From the NCBI GenBank assembly GCA_951406725.2, contig OX597818.1, positions 102,610,001 through 102,674,000 of the forward strand: DNA of 64,000 nucleotides, given 5' to 3'. A program made the translations under genes and the position numbers. Shown in pieces: positions 38,271-52,000 of the stretch (position 1 is the first letter of the stretch; each line of letters starts with the position of its first letter). Source of the stretch: Octopus vulgaris (Eukaryota). The notes under the pieces were generated by a model that saw only the letters and a program-made list of their open reading frames with translations, made no database searches and was not told where the DNA came from.

Positions 38271-38372
38271 TACGTCATCACTATATTTTCTCAAACGACA
38301 TTTCTGAGTGTGTGTAAATGATTTTGTTTATGCGAGCAGTGTTGATTAATTTGCTTACGCAGATTTCGCGTC

Positions 38373-38437
<65 letters not shown>

Positions 38438-38549
38438 TGCGAGAGAGCCAGAAAGAGAAAGAGAGGGACAGCGAAGATTTATATGCGTGTGTGTGTGTGC
38501 GCGCATATGAAAATACATATCTTTCTATCTATGAATCTATCTATCAATC

Positions 38550-38603
<54 letters not shown>

Positions 38604-38669
38604 CCTACATTCATATATACATACCTATATGCATACATACATACATACATACATACATACATACATACA

Positions 38670-38701
<32 letters not shown>

Positions 38702-39423
38702 CACTTCATTATTAAAAGAAACCGCAAAGATATCACAAAAAGTGTTACTCTGTGTTTCACCTTCCTGTTCGTCGGGCAGTTTTGTCCCTAAACAAACAGG
38801 AATGTGAAACTCTGAGTAACAGTTTTTGTGATATTTTTGCAGCATTCTTACTAAGACCGCCAGTATTCGAGAACTATATTTTTCCACCTTGTTTCGCATT
38901 TATTTGCTGACTCTGCCACATACATAAACACACACACACACACACATATATGTAGATAGATATAGATATATAGATATATGAGTACATAGATATACATACA
39001 TACATACATACATACATACATACATACATACATACATACATACATACATACATACATACATACATACATACATACATACATACATACATACATACATACA
39101 TAGGGTAAGTGGTTAGGTTATTCGGATCCCAACCACAAGGTTGTGTGTACGATCCCCGAGAGAAGTAAGTAAACATTTTCTTTGACGTAGGTCCTATCCA
39201 CTCAGATGGTAAAAACGAATATTTCTAAGGGTCAGCCTTTTCAAACTAAGGGTCACGCCGAATCTCCCTCATAACTATGATAATATACGCATGTCTATGG
39301 AGTACTCAGACATTAACATATTTATTTCATGAAGCGTGTGACCCTTTGATCGAATCATCTGAGATCCTAGTCTATCGTCGCAGCCAATGAAATACCACTT
39401 TATGTATGTGCGTCAGTGTGTGT

Positions 39424-39488
<65 letters not shown>

Positions 39489-39879
39489 TGTTTGTGTGTC
39501 TGCGTATGTATGCATTTTTATATATGTAATTGAAAGATGAGTAGTCCTCTGAGAAAGGGTGCTGCCTTTAGACTTACTGTGGAAAACATAATGTAGTTCA
39601 GAGCAAGACAAAATGGAATCGTTGCGAGAGTGGCTGCACATTTTGTTGTTTTGCAGCTAATCAGAAAATCACATCAGACAGTCTGAATTAGTGAGAAATA
39701 GTGGAGAAACAATCCAATGTAGTTGCAAACATGCCACTGGGCTGAATAAAATACAAAATATGCAAAAGAATCAACTCTAGTAGCTTAATTTTTTTCATCG
39801 TTATCGTTTTCACATACTTAAGGTAACTATTTCGTCGAAAATTTACACATTCACGCACACACGCACACACACATATACC

Positions 39880-40297
39880 TCCTTACTCTTTTACTTTTTT
39901 ACGTATTTCAGTCATTTGACTGCGGCCATGCTGGAGCACCGCCTTTAGTCGAGCAAATCGACCCCAGGACTTATTCTTTGTAAGCCTAGTACATATTCTA
40001 TCAGGCTATTTTACCGCACCGATAAGTTACAGGGACGTAAACACACCAGCATCGGTTGTCAAGCGATGTTGGGGGACAAACACAGACACACAAACACCTA
40101 TACACACACACACATATATATATATATACACATATATACGACGGGATTCTTTCAGTTTCCGTGTACCAAATCCACTCACAAGGCTTTGGTTGGCCCGAGG
40201 CTATAGTAGAAGACATTTACCCAAGGTGCCACGCTGTGGGACTGAACCCGGAACTATGTGGTTCGTAAGCAAGCTACTTACCTCACAGCCACTCCTA
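39880..40297 (-). mobile_element. Family-B SINE, full length
   Basis: Reverse complement of the family-B head, body, internal microsatellite and tail. Confidence 0.9.
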
Positions 40298-41527
40298 TGA
40301 TCGATATAGATAGATATAGATATAATCCTTATCAATCACGAACGAACATGTCGACGACGTGGACAACAGCGTTCCTAATCTTCGTCAGTGAAGAGATGCC
40401 AAGACAAAGAGATACACACCTGCTCCGGCCCAGAGTGAGGTAGGGCCCCGTTTAGAGGTTGTTGTAGAACCTACTGTCAGCTACTTTGAGTAAACTCTTA
40501 TCTCTCAATCATAATCTACTTTATATTTTTTGATACTTTAAAACATTTTTATTTTTGGATTGAGTATTCTGATTTCGTCTCCTTTTATGCAAACTTTCAA
40601 AGTTAACACAAACATCCCTAAATCTTCTAGTGAAATTTAAAACTTTGTCATGCTTTTTAGAGCTCATTTGCGACGCATGGTAACTCAAATGTATTTTACT
40701 ATTAAGCGCTCATTCCACCGACCCCGTCTCTCCATGACTACGTTTAAAGATGGTTACGGTTGCCTTGAAAGCAATACTTTATGTACAGTTGAAATCGTCA
40801 TTCTGAGAAGAAAATTGACGTAAGAGAGGGCGCACTCTGCTTTCAAACCTTTGACTTTTGTAGCCTTGTAGCGATATTATCCACCTGATCTTCTATGGGT
40901 TTGAGAGTGGGACTTGAGAAAAAATCAGATACTTGAAACTGTAAGGCACTCCAACAGTGTTTCCAATATTGTTCTTGTAAGCTGTGCGCAAAACTGGTGC
41001 CAATCAGATTTGGTACTTGCGCTTTCCTTCCACAACATCTGTTGCATGAAGAAAGGAGATCTGCTGTATGAGAAACTACTGCTCTACGATTATAAACCTG
41101 ACCGAACCTGAAACCTAGAGATGATACTCTGCATTGTCTCACCATCATGGTACAACAGAGAAAGCAGCGTTTTAACGGTTATTAGCTTATGCTCAAATTG
41201 GCATGAGGCAAGACGTGAGGAGCAGTTTTTGAAGGAAGGAGAAATCAGTGGGTCTTACTGGAAACAAGGCAATGTCTTCCCCGGTGGATAACTATCATTT
41301 AGATGTCGACCAACTACAGTTCCAATATGTGCATAGAACTTAGCAATGGAAAATACTAAACCAGATACACATAAGACAACAGACAATTCTAGTACTCTGA
41401 TTAAATTGCTGAATTTACAGACGATAAACATTGGATCATCCTATAATCTCCTGAAGTTCAATGACATACGAAACACTGCATTAATCAACAACGACCTGCT
41501 ATAATTTCACGTGGATCTAGAAACTCT

Positions 41528-41742
41528 ATACAAGGGTGTGCTGAAAAGTTCCTGACTTTAAAGTGTCGCGAAAGGCCAGTTTGGAGGCCCAGTTTTCCGA
41601 GTTCTTTCTCTGGATTTTTGGAAAACTGAAGGACCGCTGCAGGAATCTGTGATGGGAATATGTTAAATAAAATCATAATTAGCTGATCCTCTTGTATTTT
41701 CTTTTACCGAAGACTAGAAACATTTTAGCGCCGCCTCGTTTT
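41528..41742. mobile_element. Tc1/mariner-type MITE (~210 bp)
   Basis: Imperfect TIRs TACAAGGGTGTGCTGAAAAGTTCCTG / CTAGAAACATTTTAGCGCCGCCTCGT; homologous to 46411-46620 and 47845-48050. Confidence 0.7.
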
Positions 41743-43226
41743 ATAAAAAGTGTCACGTTTTATAGATGAGACTGTATTTTTGCCTAGCAGGAAAATGGCA
41801 TAGACGAGGCTAAATAAGCTGATCTTGCCTTGCATGTAAGTAATTCACTGCTACATATGGAAGAGCCTGACTAGAAAAGGGCTAAGTAGTTTACTCCCTT
41901 CGATGGTCCTTTCGAAATTATCAGTGTCTATGTCTCGTTCCTCTTTCTTGAACAAGACACAAAGGAAGAAGAATTCTATGACCATTTCTCAGTGACACTT
42001 CAGGAGACTTCAATACTGAAACAGCTACCGCTGCTTGGCTTTTTCAATGCCACGATAGGTGCCGACTATTACCTTTAACCAGATTCCAAAAACAAAATCT
42101 GATACCAACTACAACCGTGGCTAAAGAAGTCTCTTCTAGTGTGGAAAAGTTCACTGCAAACCAGATATAAAGTGTTGAATAAGAATATGAGGTCCTGCAA
42201 AAACCTAATCTATATCAGACAGACTAAGTGTTTGCTCTAAATTTTGGTCGTATTTATAAAAAATCGTTGAACGTTAGGATATTCAAGTTGTGGATGGTTT
42301 AGATATTCTCAATCAGGATGGAATTCACCAAAAGTGAGAACAAACTTACTGAAAGGGTATCGCCTTTAATATGATAGGTAAAGAATGCTTGTGACGGTAT
42401 TCAAGAAGAGGTTTCCGAAGATATAAATGCCATACACCCGAATGAAACTGAAAGTAAGCATTTATTGGCTGGTGAACAAAACTATACACAACAGTAAAAG
42501 GAATCAAAAGAATTACGAGCATTTATCAGTCGGTTGATAAAATCTCGAAACAGCAGGTAATTGAGGACCTTTTGGCATCACTGATGATGACCAATATGGA
42601 TTTGATGGCTTTCAGCAAATGGGTTTTACGTTGCAAGTAGTAATAATCTTTTGCTTTTAATTGGCAATTTCATAATTTTGCTATCTTTAGCTATGCGTTG
42701 TTGATGTGTTTCATACTACTTGTCTTGAGGATATCTTTAATGTTACGCAAATTCTTGGCAAAGCGGTTATTCCATAATACTGATAGTAATGCCTTTTGAA
42801 TATAATCCTTAACATGCCGACTTGTTGAAATATGTAACTTCGCAGAAGCCATTTAGCGCAACTTATAAAGCCTTCAGGCTCCTCTAGACTTATCTTCCAT
42901 ATAAATATTTATTATGAACCTTTTGCATTAACACTTGTACACAAATGATTGAGCACCACTTAAACATGATTGCGATATACAAACACGTACATGAGAATCA
43001 GGACTAGTAGTCCAAAAAAGCGAATTGTGTGTCATAAAGAGGATACATTATTGAAAGTCGGTTAAACTGCGATATTCGTCTCATGATAGCATTTCTTATA
43101 AACGTGTCATGTTCAAAAACACAGAAATGCGTCACAGAATTCGTAGCTGTATGGACTATTTTCGACTGTGAGTAATGTATCCTTAGATCTTTCAGAACGA
43201 GAGAAGAAACTATGATGATCCTCTGG

Positions 43227-43451
43227 GGGACATTTGTCCGCAGCCGCTTAAACCACTGCTCCCATCTACGGTCACTACGCAATGTAAAATTAACAGCGAA
43301 ACTCGAAGCAGTCCCGTGAAACTACACGGAGGAGATCATAGGACATTTGTACGTAGGCGCTTAAACCACTGCTCCCATCTACGGTCACTACGCAATGTAA
43401 AATTAACGGCGAAACTCGAAGCAATCCAGCAAAGCTACACGAAAGAGATCA
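43227..43451 (+). repeat. ~114-bp tandem duplication
   Basis: CGCTTAAACCACTGCTCCCATCTACGGTCACTACGCAATGTAAAATTAAC.GCGAAACTCGAAGCA is present twice. Confidence 0.9.
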
Positions 43452-43967
43452 TTTCAATGTGACAGTTCAGCTACTGCGAAAGGCTGAAGAAGTTGAGACA
43501 CTACTCACTAGAAGGTATGCGGGAAAGATATACAGTGATATACATATGGAAAATCTTGAAAGTAATTACACCAAATTTTGGAATTGTGTTACACAAACAC
43601 AAGAACTTATCGCCACTACGGAGTGCCAAAGATCCCAAAATCGCCATCAAGATACAGGACCAGATACTATAACAAATGTTTAATACCGTCCCAAAATACC
43701 TCGGTGACCTACATTTGGCGGATGTTGTCTTCAAAACAATACTGGATCAGCTCCTATCAACAGTGCTAAATGAACCTACCACACGGCAGTAATTACAATT
43801 TTCTCTCATTCACCAAATGCTACATATCAGAGGAGGTTTTCAAGTAATAGAAGTGTAGAAATCTAATGGTGGTGCCAGTGTATGGCCGCAGCCCTCGATC
43901 TGAAACTAGCAAAAACATAAAGTAGTATACATATGCATATGTGTAGATATATATATATATATAAGTA

Positions 43968-44085
43968 TTCTTTTACTCTTTTACTTGTTTCAGTGATTTG
44001 AAAGGGGCCCTGTCGGAGCACCGCCTTTTAGTCGAAGAAATTGACCCCTGGACTTATTCTTTGTAAGCTCGGTACATATTTATTG
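43968..44085 (-). mobile_element. Family-B SINE tail fragment
   Basis: CTTTTACTTGTTTCAGT...GGAGCACCGCCTTTTAGTCGAAG...GGACTTATTCTTTGTAAG. Confidence 0.75.
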
Positions 44086-44139
44086 ACAGACATCGATACG
44101 CACGAGCACACGCACACACACAGACGCACACACACACAC

Positions 44140-44450
44140 ACACACTGGTCTATATGGGCATATGTGTTTGTACGTCTCTTTGTATGCAACCTTATATAAG
44201 TAAGTATAGGCACTGTCTTAAATTTGTCAAGGGATCTTACGCTTACATATGACTGAAATTATGCACACTTGCGTATATATATATACACACACAAACAAAC
44301 ACACAAACACACTGGTCTATATAGGCGTATGTGTCTGTACGTCTCTTTGTACGCAACCTTATATAAAGTACGTATAGGCACGCTCTTAAATTTGTCAAGG
44401 GATCTTACACTTACACATGACTGAAATTCTGCACACTTGTGTATATATAC
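44140..44450 (+). repeat. ~165-bp tandem duplication
   Basis: CACTGGTCTATAT.GGC.TATGTGT.TGTACGTCTCTTTGTA.GCAACC...GCACACTTG.GTATATAT is present twice. Confidence 0.9.
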
Positions 44451-44934
44451 ATGACAGTATGTCGTTGTATAAGTAGCTGTGCCACTTGGTGACTACACAT
44501 GGGTAACTGACGCTTGATTAGATATATATCTTTATAACAAATTATTTTTCTTATAAACGATTCAATGAACTGACTTGAGAATGACTTTATTGTGTTGCTT
44601 TACTTATTAAACTTGGTTACTTCAGACAAAATTTTGTATAAAGAAAGTTGTTTATTGCTTTCTTAATGTTTATGCTTTTGTATTTGTTTGATTGTTTGTG
44701 TTTACATATTTTATTTTATTCTTTTATTTTGTCAGTATATTTTTTTGAAGCCGTTTTTATTTTTTTCAGGAATACTAAAATATTTGAGGCCATCAATTCA
44801 TGTGTGCGGATGTGTGTGTGTAGTTTTGTGTTATTTATACATATACACACATGCCCACACGCACGCACTTACACAAGAACACTCACACACACACACTCAC
44901 ACACACATACACACGCACACATGTACATATATGC

Positions 44935-44983
<49 letters not shown>

Positions 44984-45036
44984 CACATATATACATATAT
45001 ACACTTACACACACGCACACATATATATGTGTATGC

Positions 45037-45070
<34 letters not shown>

Positions 45071-45148
45071 TCACACGCGCATATAAAAACCGATAGATAA
45101 ACATATTAGTAAAGATTTCTGTGTTACGAAGGATGTGGAAGGAATAAT

Positions 45149-45274
45149 AGAAGAAGAAGAAGAAGAAGAAGAAGAAGAAGAAGAAGAAGAAGAAGAAGAA
45201 GAAGAAGAAGAAGAAGAAGAAGAAGAAGAAGAAGAAGAAGAAGAAGAAGAAGAAGAAGAAGAAGAAGAAGAAGA
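45149..45274 (+). repeat. (GAA)n microsatellite
   Basis: Direct reading of the sequence. Confidence 0.95.
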
Positions 45275-46410
45275 AATAAAATAAAATAAATGAAAAACTG
45301 CTAAAAAATGTCGGCTGCATTATTTGAATATTTTCGTGTCATTTTGGTATCGTTTTATTCTTGTTTTAGCTTTTTGTTGCCTTTATTGCGTTTTATTTTA
45401 ACGCTATTTTGTTTTTGTTTGTTTTTGTTGAATCACGCTTTATTTTGTATCTTTTCTTTTTCTATCTACTTATTCTAGAAGCAATAATTACATTTTAGGG
45501 TAGATGAAGAGTGAAATAAAAAAAAATAAAACGCTAAAAGTAGGAAAAAAAAACAAACAAAATACAAGATGAAAGACACTCTGTTGAATTCTTGCCAGTG
45601 CTGCAAATATAATTTGATTATTCCATTAGCTTTTTTTCTTTCCTTTGTGAAGAGATAAACAGGCAAAGCTGAATAGCGTTGCTTTGGACTTTATACCATG
45701 GGGAATAGTGATATTGAATAACTTAAACTGTAAAGAAGACACAACGACAAGGTCAACACCATAGACAAAATGTCTGACTACTTAATATATATACCTTGAT
45801 GCACAGCACATAGGTACTACAAAAACAAAACACTCACCCCTAGATTGACACCCACACAATCACATACACACACACGCACGTACGCACGCACACGCACTTG
45901 CTTATGTGCACACACATACGAAATACACTCAAGCAGGAAGCAAACAGAATAATATATACATAACACATACACATATACATATACCCATATACGTACATAC
46001 ATAGACGTACATAGATATAAACACATCTATATATATATACTTCTATAAATATACGTGTGTGTGTGTATGTGTGTGTGTGTGTCTTTGTATGTCTGTAGGT
46101 ATGTTTATATTTCTGACCACATTATACACGAAAACTACAACAAATACCGAAATTTGCACGGGTGTTGTGAGTGCACCCGATGATTTAAAGATCTTACAGT
46201 CACATTACCTTCTGTAATGAGCTTTCCAAATTATATTCGCATATGTATAATTAAATAGGGCAATTATTGTAGATACTCAAATATTAATTAGTAACGAATA
46301 ATCGGCCACTTTAGTTGATGGAGCAAGCTGTAAAAAAATATGAAAAACAAATACTATTAATGATAAAAGAGATACGTTAAACAGTAAAAACTATAAAAAA
46401 AAAACAGCGC

Positions 46411-46620
46411 TACGAGGGGTTGCTAAAAAGTCCTAGTCTTCGGTAAAAGAAAAGAGGATCAATTAATTATGATTTTATTTAACATATTCCCCTTCTCAGA
46501 TTCCCGCAGCGGTCCTTCAGTTTTCCAAAAGCCCTGTGAAAGAACTCGGAAGACAGGGCCTCTAACCTGGCCTTTCGCGACACTCTTAAAGCCAGGAACT
46601 TTTCAGCTCACCCTTGCATA
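46411..46620. mobile_element. Tc1/mariner-type MITE (opposite orientation to 41528)
   Basis: TACGAGGGGTTGCTAAAAAGTCC ... GGAACTTTTCAGCTCACCCTTGCATA. Confidence 0.7.
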
Positions 46621-47286
46621 ATATACCACATACACAAATGTTTCTATACCACGTAAGGGATTGAAAGCTAATTATATAAATCCATGAAATAGAAAACAAA
46701 TTGTATCGCACCTAATGATAAACGCCTTTGACAGTAGGCACAAAGACTGGAATTTTAAAGGAGTGGATTAGTCGATTAGATTGGAACTTCTTTAACCCAC
46801 TTCGAAAGGAAAACGAGGAAGCAGTTGACCTCCTCAGTATTTGAACACGTAACGTAAAGCCGGAAGAAATCCTGATAAGCATTTTATGCGACGTACAAAC
46901 AAATTCTGCTTGCTTTACACACAATCACAAATGAATAGTTAGAGTTACAAAACAACAAAATTAAAATCTTCTCATTAGCAACAATTCTTAAAAATGCTAG
47001 TCAGAGATAGCAATTTTATTGCAAGACCTAGCGTATTTTTTACTAAGAGCTTAGCAGGAATTTTTTTAATCTAGAACTGAGCAGGGAAAATTGCAGTTAG
47101 AAAAATTTTATTCCCATTATTTATCATTGTTCTCATTTCCACAATAATTACCCTTTTTCTTGTGTTTTCTCGCTTTTAGTAGTTCTGTTTGTTTTTCTTT
47201 TTGTTTTTTGTATTTCTTTCTTTCTTTTAGAAGCATACTACCACCAGCTTTCAGTACTGTCAGTTATTGTTTTTTCTTTTATTTTC

Positions 47287-47483
47287 AGGCGTACGAGTGG
47301 CTGTGTGGTAAGTAGCTTGCTTACGAACCACATGGTTTGGGGTTCAGTCCCACTGCGTAGAACTTTGGGCAAATGTCTTCTACTAAAGCCTTGAGCCGAC
47401 CAAAGCCTTGTGAGTGGATTTGATAGACGGAAACTGAAAGAAGCCCGTCGTATATATATGTGTATATATAAATATATATATAT

Positions 47484-47539
<56 letters not shown>

Positions 47540-47745
47540 ATGTGTGTGTGTATATAGGTGTTTGTGTATCTGTGTTTGTCCCCCAGCATCGCTTGAAAAC
47601 AGATGCTGGTGTGTTTACGTCCTCGTAACTTAGCGGTTCGGTAAAATAGCTTGATAGAATATGTACTTGCCTTACAAAGAATAAGTCCTGGGGTCGATGT
47701 GCTTGACTAAAGTTGATGACTGAAGCAAGTAAAAGTCTAAAAGAG
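47287..47745 (+). mobile_element. Family-B SINE, full length
   Basis: Head, body, internal (TA)/(TG) microsatellite and tail. Confidence 0.9.
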
Positions 47746-47844
47746 ATACTCCAAATAAAAGGATATCATGTATTTTACTGTTACACTTTTAACCCTGATT
47801 TGGTCGGAGATATGACTCTTGTCAGCACCTGAGCTTCCCCCATA

Positions 47845-48050
47845 ATAGTGTGTGCGGAAACTTTCCTACCCTTATGCAAAAGACTTGGTTGAAGGCCCGA
47901 CCTTCCGAGTTCTTTTACAGAGCTTAGGACAACTGAATATACAATAAATATATGAATTCAAGAGGGGAATACGTTGAACAAAATCATAATCAGCTGGTCT
48001 CCTGTATTTTCTTTTACTCAAAGCCAGGAACTTTTCAGCACTCTTCGTGC
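47845..48050. mobile_element. Tc1/mariner-type MITE, third copy
   Basis: TTCCGAGTTCTTT...AAAATCATAATCAGCTG..CTCCTGTATTTTCTTTTAC...GCCAGGAACTTTTCAGCA. Confidence 0.65.
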
Positions 48051-48479
48051 TGGCTGCAGGAACCGACAGTGCCAGTTGAATGATAGAAATGAACGAGGGT
48101 GTTTTCAAGAAAATGAAGACGAAGTTTCATCGTTACTTCTATTTATATGTACGCCGTAAACGTATCGAATCCGTCACCTATAGCAGTATTAGATCCGATA
48201 CCAATGCTAGACAGCAAAATTCAAGTTGCCATGATACGTTTTTTAGTAACAATAGATTTCTTTTCCGAAATAGACTTCGAAACACCATCAGGATCGCCAC
48301 AGTTCGTAGGGTATCTACCAAGAATACCGAAAGAAACAGAGGGTTGCCCTATTAACCCTGATCATAAAATGAACTTATGCCAATGGTCTCAGGGTCTAAG
48401 AACATATTGCTATACTAGTTCAACATCCGCTTTTCTCGCTACTCGTTAACTAACTTTTTTTTTACTTTTCTTATTAGCA

Positions 48480-49640
48480 CTCTTTTACGTTGACAGTATC
48501 CCACACTTGTGCAGAATTCCTGCCTAGAAACTTAGATTTTTAGTATCCGAAACCTATATATATAGTTCTCCCACTCATGAACTTGACAAAATGCCTATAG
48601 ACCGCTTTAGCAAGCTATCAATGATTAGGAGCCCTTGAAGGTTGTAAGATCTTCTGCAGCAAGGTTGCTGTCAATAGAAGCAGCTGTAAGAAGAATTTTA
48701 AGCCGATAGTTTGTATCACAAACTCACTTCCAAACCACAATTACAAAAGAAAAAAAGTGCTTTACAGTTCAAACGCTATACGATATGTTATGTAATTCTG
48801 GGTACGAACCTTTTCTTTTATTTTTGTATCCATTTCTAAAATATGTTCGAGAAGTGAATAAATTGAATCAAACATTGTTGAGAAAACAAAATTACATGAA
48901 GAGTCTGATCAAATCGATTACAAATATGATAGCATTGGTAACATGTACTATTGATCATCTTGATCCTAATGCTTATATTAAAGAATTTCTTATCCTTAAA
49001 TCAAATTTAGGCTACAGGTTCGAGAGAAAGATTACAGAAATTATTATATACGTAAAAAAGAATAATTTTTACTCCACCTTTATGGAAAGGTCAAGCAACG
49101 ATTGCCAGAACATTTTAATATACTGAGGCATATCACATATTTTTCAGCAGAGAATGCCTTAAGACATTTCAAAGAACAATTTTTCCTGTCATAGAAGCAA
49201 TGCATTTAAATGGAGAACAAAAATGCTTTAATTGAAATTCAATTTAATAGCATCCATTTAGTTAAATGGAGAAATACATCTAATATTCAGGCATTATAGT
49301 TAGAAGTATTGGATTATAAAGATGCCTCTGTAGGAAATCCTTTTAGAGATGTTGCAGAATTTGCCATTAAACTATTAATATTGTTAAACTCAAACGCCGA
49401 ATTCTAAAGGTTGTTCTGCAGTATGAGTAGAATCAAATGAAAACTGGAAAACAAAATGCAGCTTCGTATGTTTGGATCGATACTTCCTGTAAAATATAGC
49501 CTAAAAAGATATGGCAAATGCTGTAAGATATTCGACATTCCAGAGCCTATATTTAACAAGGCAGAAACCTTGGATGTATACAAATGTCAAGATTCGGATA
49601 CAGCAGCTGATAGCGAACAAATCAGTGAAATTTTTCTTTT
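48480..49640 (+). pseudogene. Decayed hAT-superfamily transposase (C-terminal half)
   Basis: CAEFLPRNLDFLVSETY near 48510. Dimerisation-domain-like NPFRDVAEFAIKLLILLNSNAEF*RLFCSMSRIK*KLENKM at 49335-49460, against the consensus P.SNA..ER.FS.M...K...RN. Confidence 0.65.
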
Positions 49641-50103
49641 AAATATTTTTCAATGCTAAATGTAATTGAAGAATGTAAATCCAAATGTAAATATTTTTTT
49701 TTATATAATATAAATAAATTTAAGCTTTTGTTTTTCTTATCTTGTCATCTTCGCATTCTTTGGTATCTTTCTGCTGAAATTTAGCACAAGGTTATGATAT
49801 TATATTGGCAAAACTAGCCACTTCGGTTGTATTTACACCAGTCGTATGTTATAACAAGAAGCTACCACAGTAAAAATTTGGCAAATGAAGCAAAACTAGG
49901 TACAAAATCATCAGAATATTATAAACGGTGTATAATTATGTGTATTTACACATGTATGTGCGCGCTCGTATTTGTGTGTGTGCCTCAATACATATATGTG
50001 TATGTTTTTTGATAGACAGCTCAAAAGTAAATAGACAGATAGGAAACGGTGTAATGAGGTTTGTCTACTTTTGACAAATCTATGCACGTGCATATATAGT
50101 GAA

Positions 50104-50154
<51 letters not shown>

Positions 50155-50499
50155 TTTATCTTTTACTGATTTCAGCCCAGGGCTGCGGTCAGGCCGGTAC
50201 ACAAACTGTAGTTACTCTGTGTTGTTTCCGGTTTTGTTTTTGGTGAAGTAGCGAGTTGGACGGATCTGCTCTTCTTTGCGTCTCCTGCCGCGATGTGGGT
50301 TCATCTGGTATCTCAGATAGAAACCTGTCCAGACCTCCCTTGAAGACTTCCACACCAACACCATGTAGATCTCTATGGTTGCCTGGCAGGATGCTGAACA
50401 GACCTTTGAAACGCAGAGTATTGCAATACTGTGTCCTTATTTTAGATGGGGATATATATGGGATATATATGACTCTGTGTATATTTGTATGTATGTATG

Positions 50500-52000
50500 T
50501 ACGTATGTATGTGCAGATTTGTATGTTTTATAGGAAATACAATGAAATACTTGACACTAAAAGATGCTAAATGTGACGATGATAACGACGACGACGACAC
50601 GACGACGACGATGATGATGATGGGATGAGGAGGATAAGGAGAAGGATGAAGTGGATAAAGAGGATGAGGAAGGGAGAATGAGGATGAAGATGAAGTGGAG
50701 GAGAGGAAGGGAGGAGGATGAAGGAGGATGAGAAAGTGGATGAAGAGGGGGATGGAGAGGAAGAGGAAAGGAAGGATGAAGAGGAGGAAAAGGTTGAAGA
50801 GGAGGATGAACGGAGGATGAAAGGGTGTGAAGGGGATGAAGGCGATGAAATGGAGAATGAAGGGTATGAAGCAGAAGAAGGACAGGAGGATGAAGGGGAT
50901 AAAGAGGAGGATGGATGGGATGAAGAAGATGGAGAAGAGAAAGTGGAGGATGAGGAGAAAGAAGAAGCGATGGATGAAGAGGAGGGCAAAGAGAAGGGTG
51001 AAGAGGAAGGTGAAGAGAAGGATGAAGAAGTGGGTGAAGAAGATGACGCTGAGGGGAGGTGGTGGTGGTGGGGGAGGAGGAGGAGAGTGACAACGACGAC
51101 GACGACGACGAAGATGTTCGAGAATGATGTAGATGTCATTTGGTGTTGCGTCTTGTGTTTTAGGCTTCCTTGTTGATTATTCTTTTGTTTTTTGTTTTAT
51201 ATTTGCTGAAAGGAAGTGTTGAGAATGTTCTGGATAGATGTTGCTTCATTTTCGTTCTCTAGGTACGTTTACTGCATTATGTTTGATAGATCTCCTAGGT
51301 TTATAACGTTGCCGAATGTACATTATCGATGTCCTGGTTCTGGAAGTGACCGTGGGATTTATTGTATTCGATAATTGAATATACGTTTTGCAATGTCTAC
51401 GGAGGCTAAGTATGTGATTGTGATATTGGAATCCTGGAAATCCTGGAGTCTAGTTCTTTGTGACAGATTTCGTTCCACTTGATGTTTTTGCTTCAATTTG
51501 AAACTATGTCAGATTTATTCTTCTATGTGTCAGTATTATTGACCTCAGAGAAGGTCAATACCTAGCTGTAAGGTAGGCGTGAATAATAGCGGCGGATGTT
51601 GTATTACCAGTTCCTAATTTGCTTCGAAGATATATGAGCTAGATCATTGTATGTATGTATGTATGTATGTATGTATGTATGTATGTATGTATGTATGTAT
51701 GTATGTATGTATAGATTTGTATGTTTTATAGGAAATACAATGAAATACTTGACACTAAAAGATGCTAAATGTGACGACGATGATGATGATGATGAGATGA
51801 GGAGGATAAGGAGAACGATGAAGTGGATAAAGAGGAGGATGAGGGGAGGATGAGGATGAAGACGAGGAGAGGAATGGAAGGATTAGGAGGAGAAAGCTTA
51901 TGTGAAAGAGGAAGTGGGAAGAGGTGGAAGAGAGGAGGATGAAGAGAAGGAGGAAGAGGAGAGAGATGCAGTGGATGAGGGGGGAGGATGAAAGAGGACA
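50500..52000 (+). repeat. Duplicated block (50500-~50720 and 51700-~51880) running into purine-rich GA low-complexity tracts
   Basis: AGATTTGTATGTTTTATAGGAAATACAATGAAATACTTGACACTAAAAGATGCTAAATGTGACGA is identical in both copies. Confidence 0.85.

Noticed and set aside
40340-40392. Minus-strand CTGACGA...GACATGTT hammerhead-like motif
   Set aside because: The GAAA box is broken and stems I and II are unconvincing.
40790-42620. Coding-looking stretch with a KNACDGI motif (possible decayed DNA transposase)
   Set aside because: Only one short motif among many stops; a family cannot be assigned without BLASTX.
50557-51176. Acidic or Ser/Pro/His-rich ORFs
   Set aside because: Open on both strands simply because of GA low complexity; no splice or domain support.
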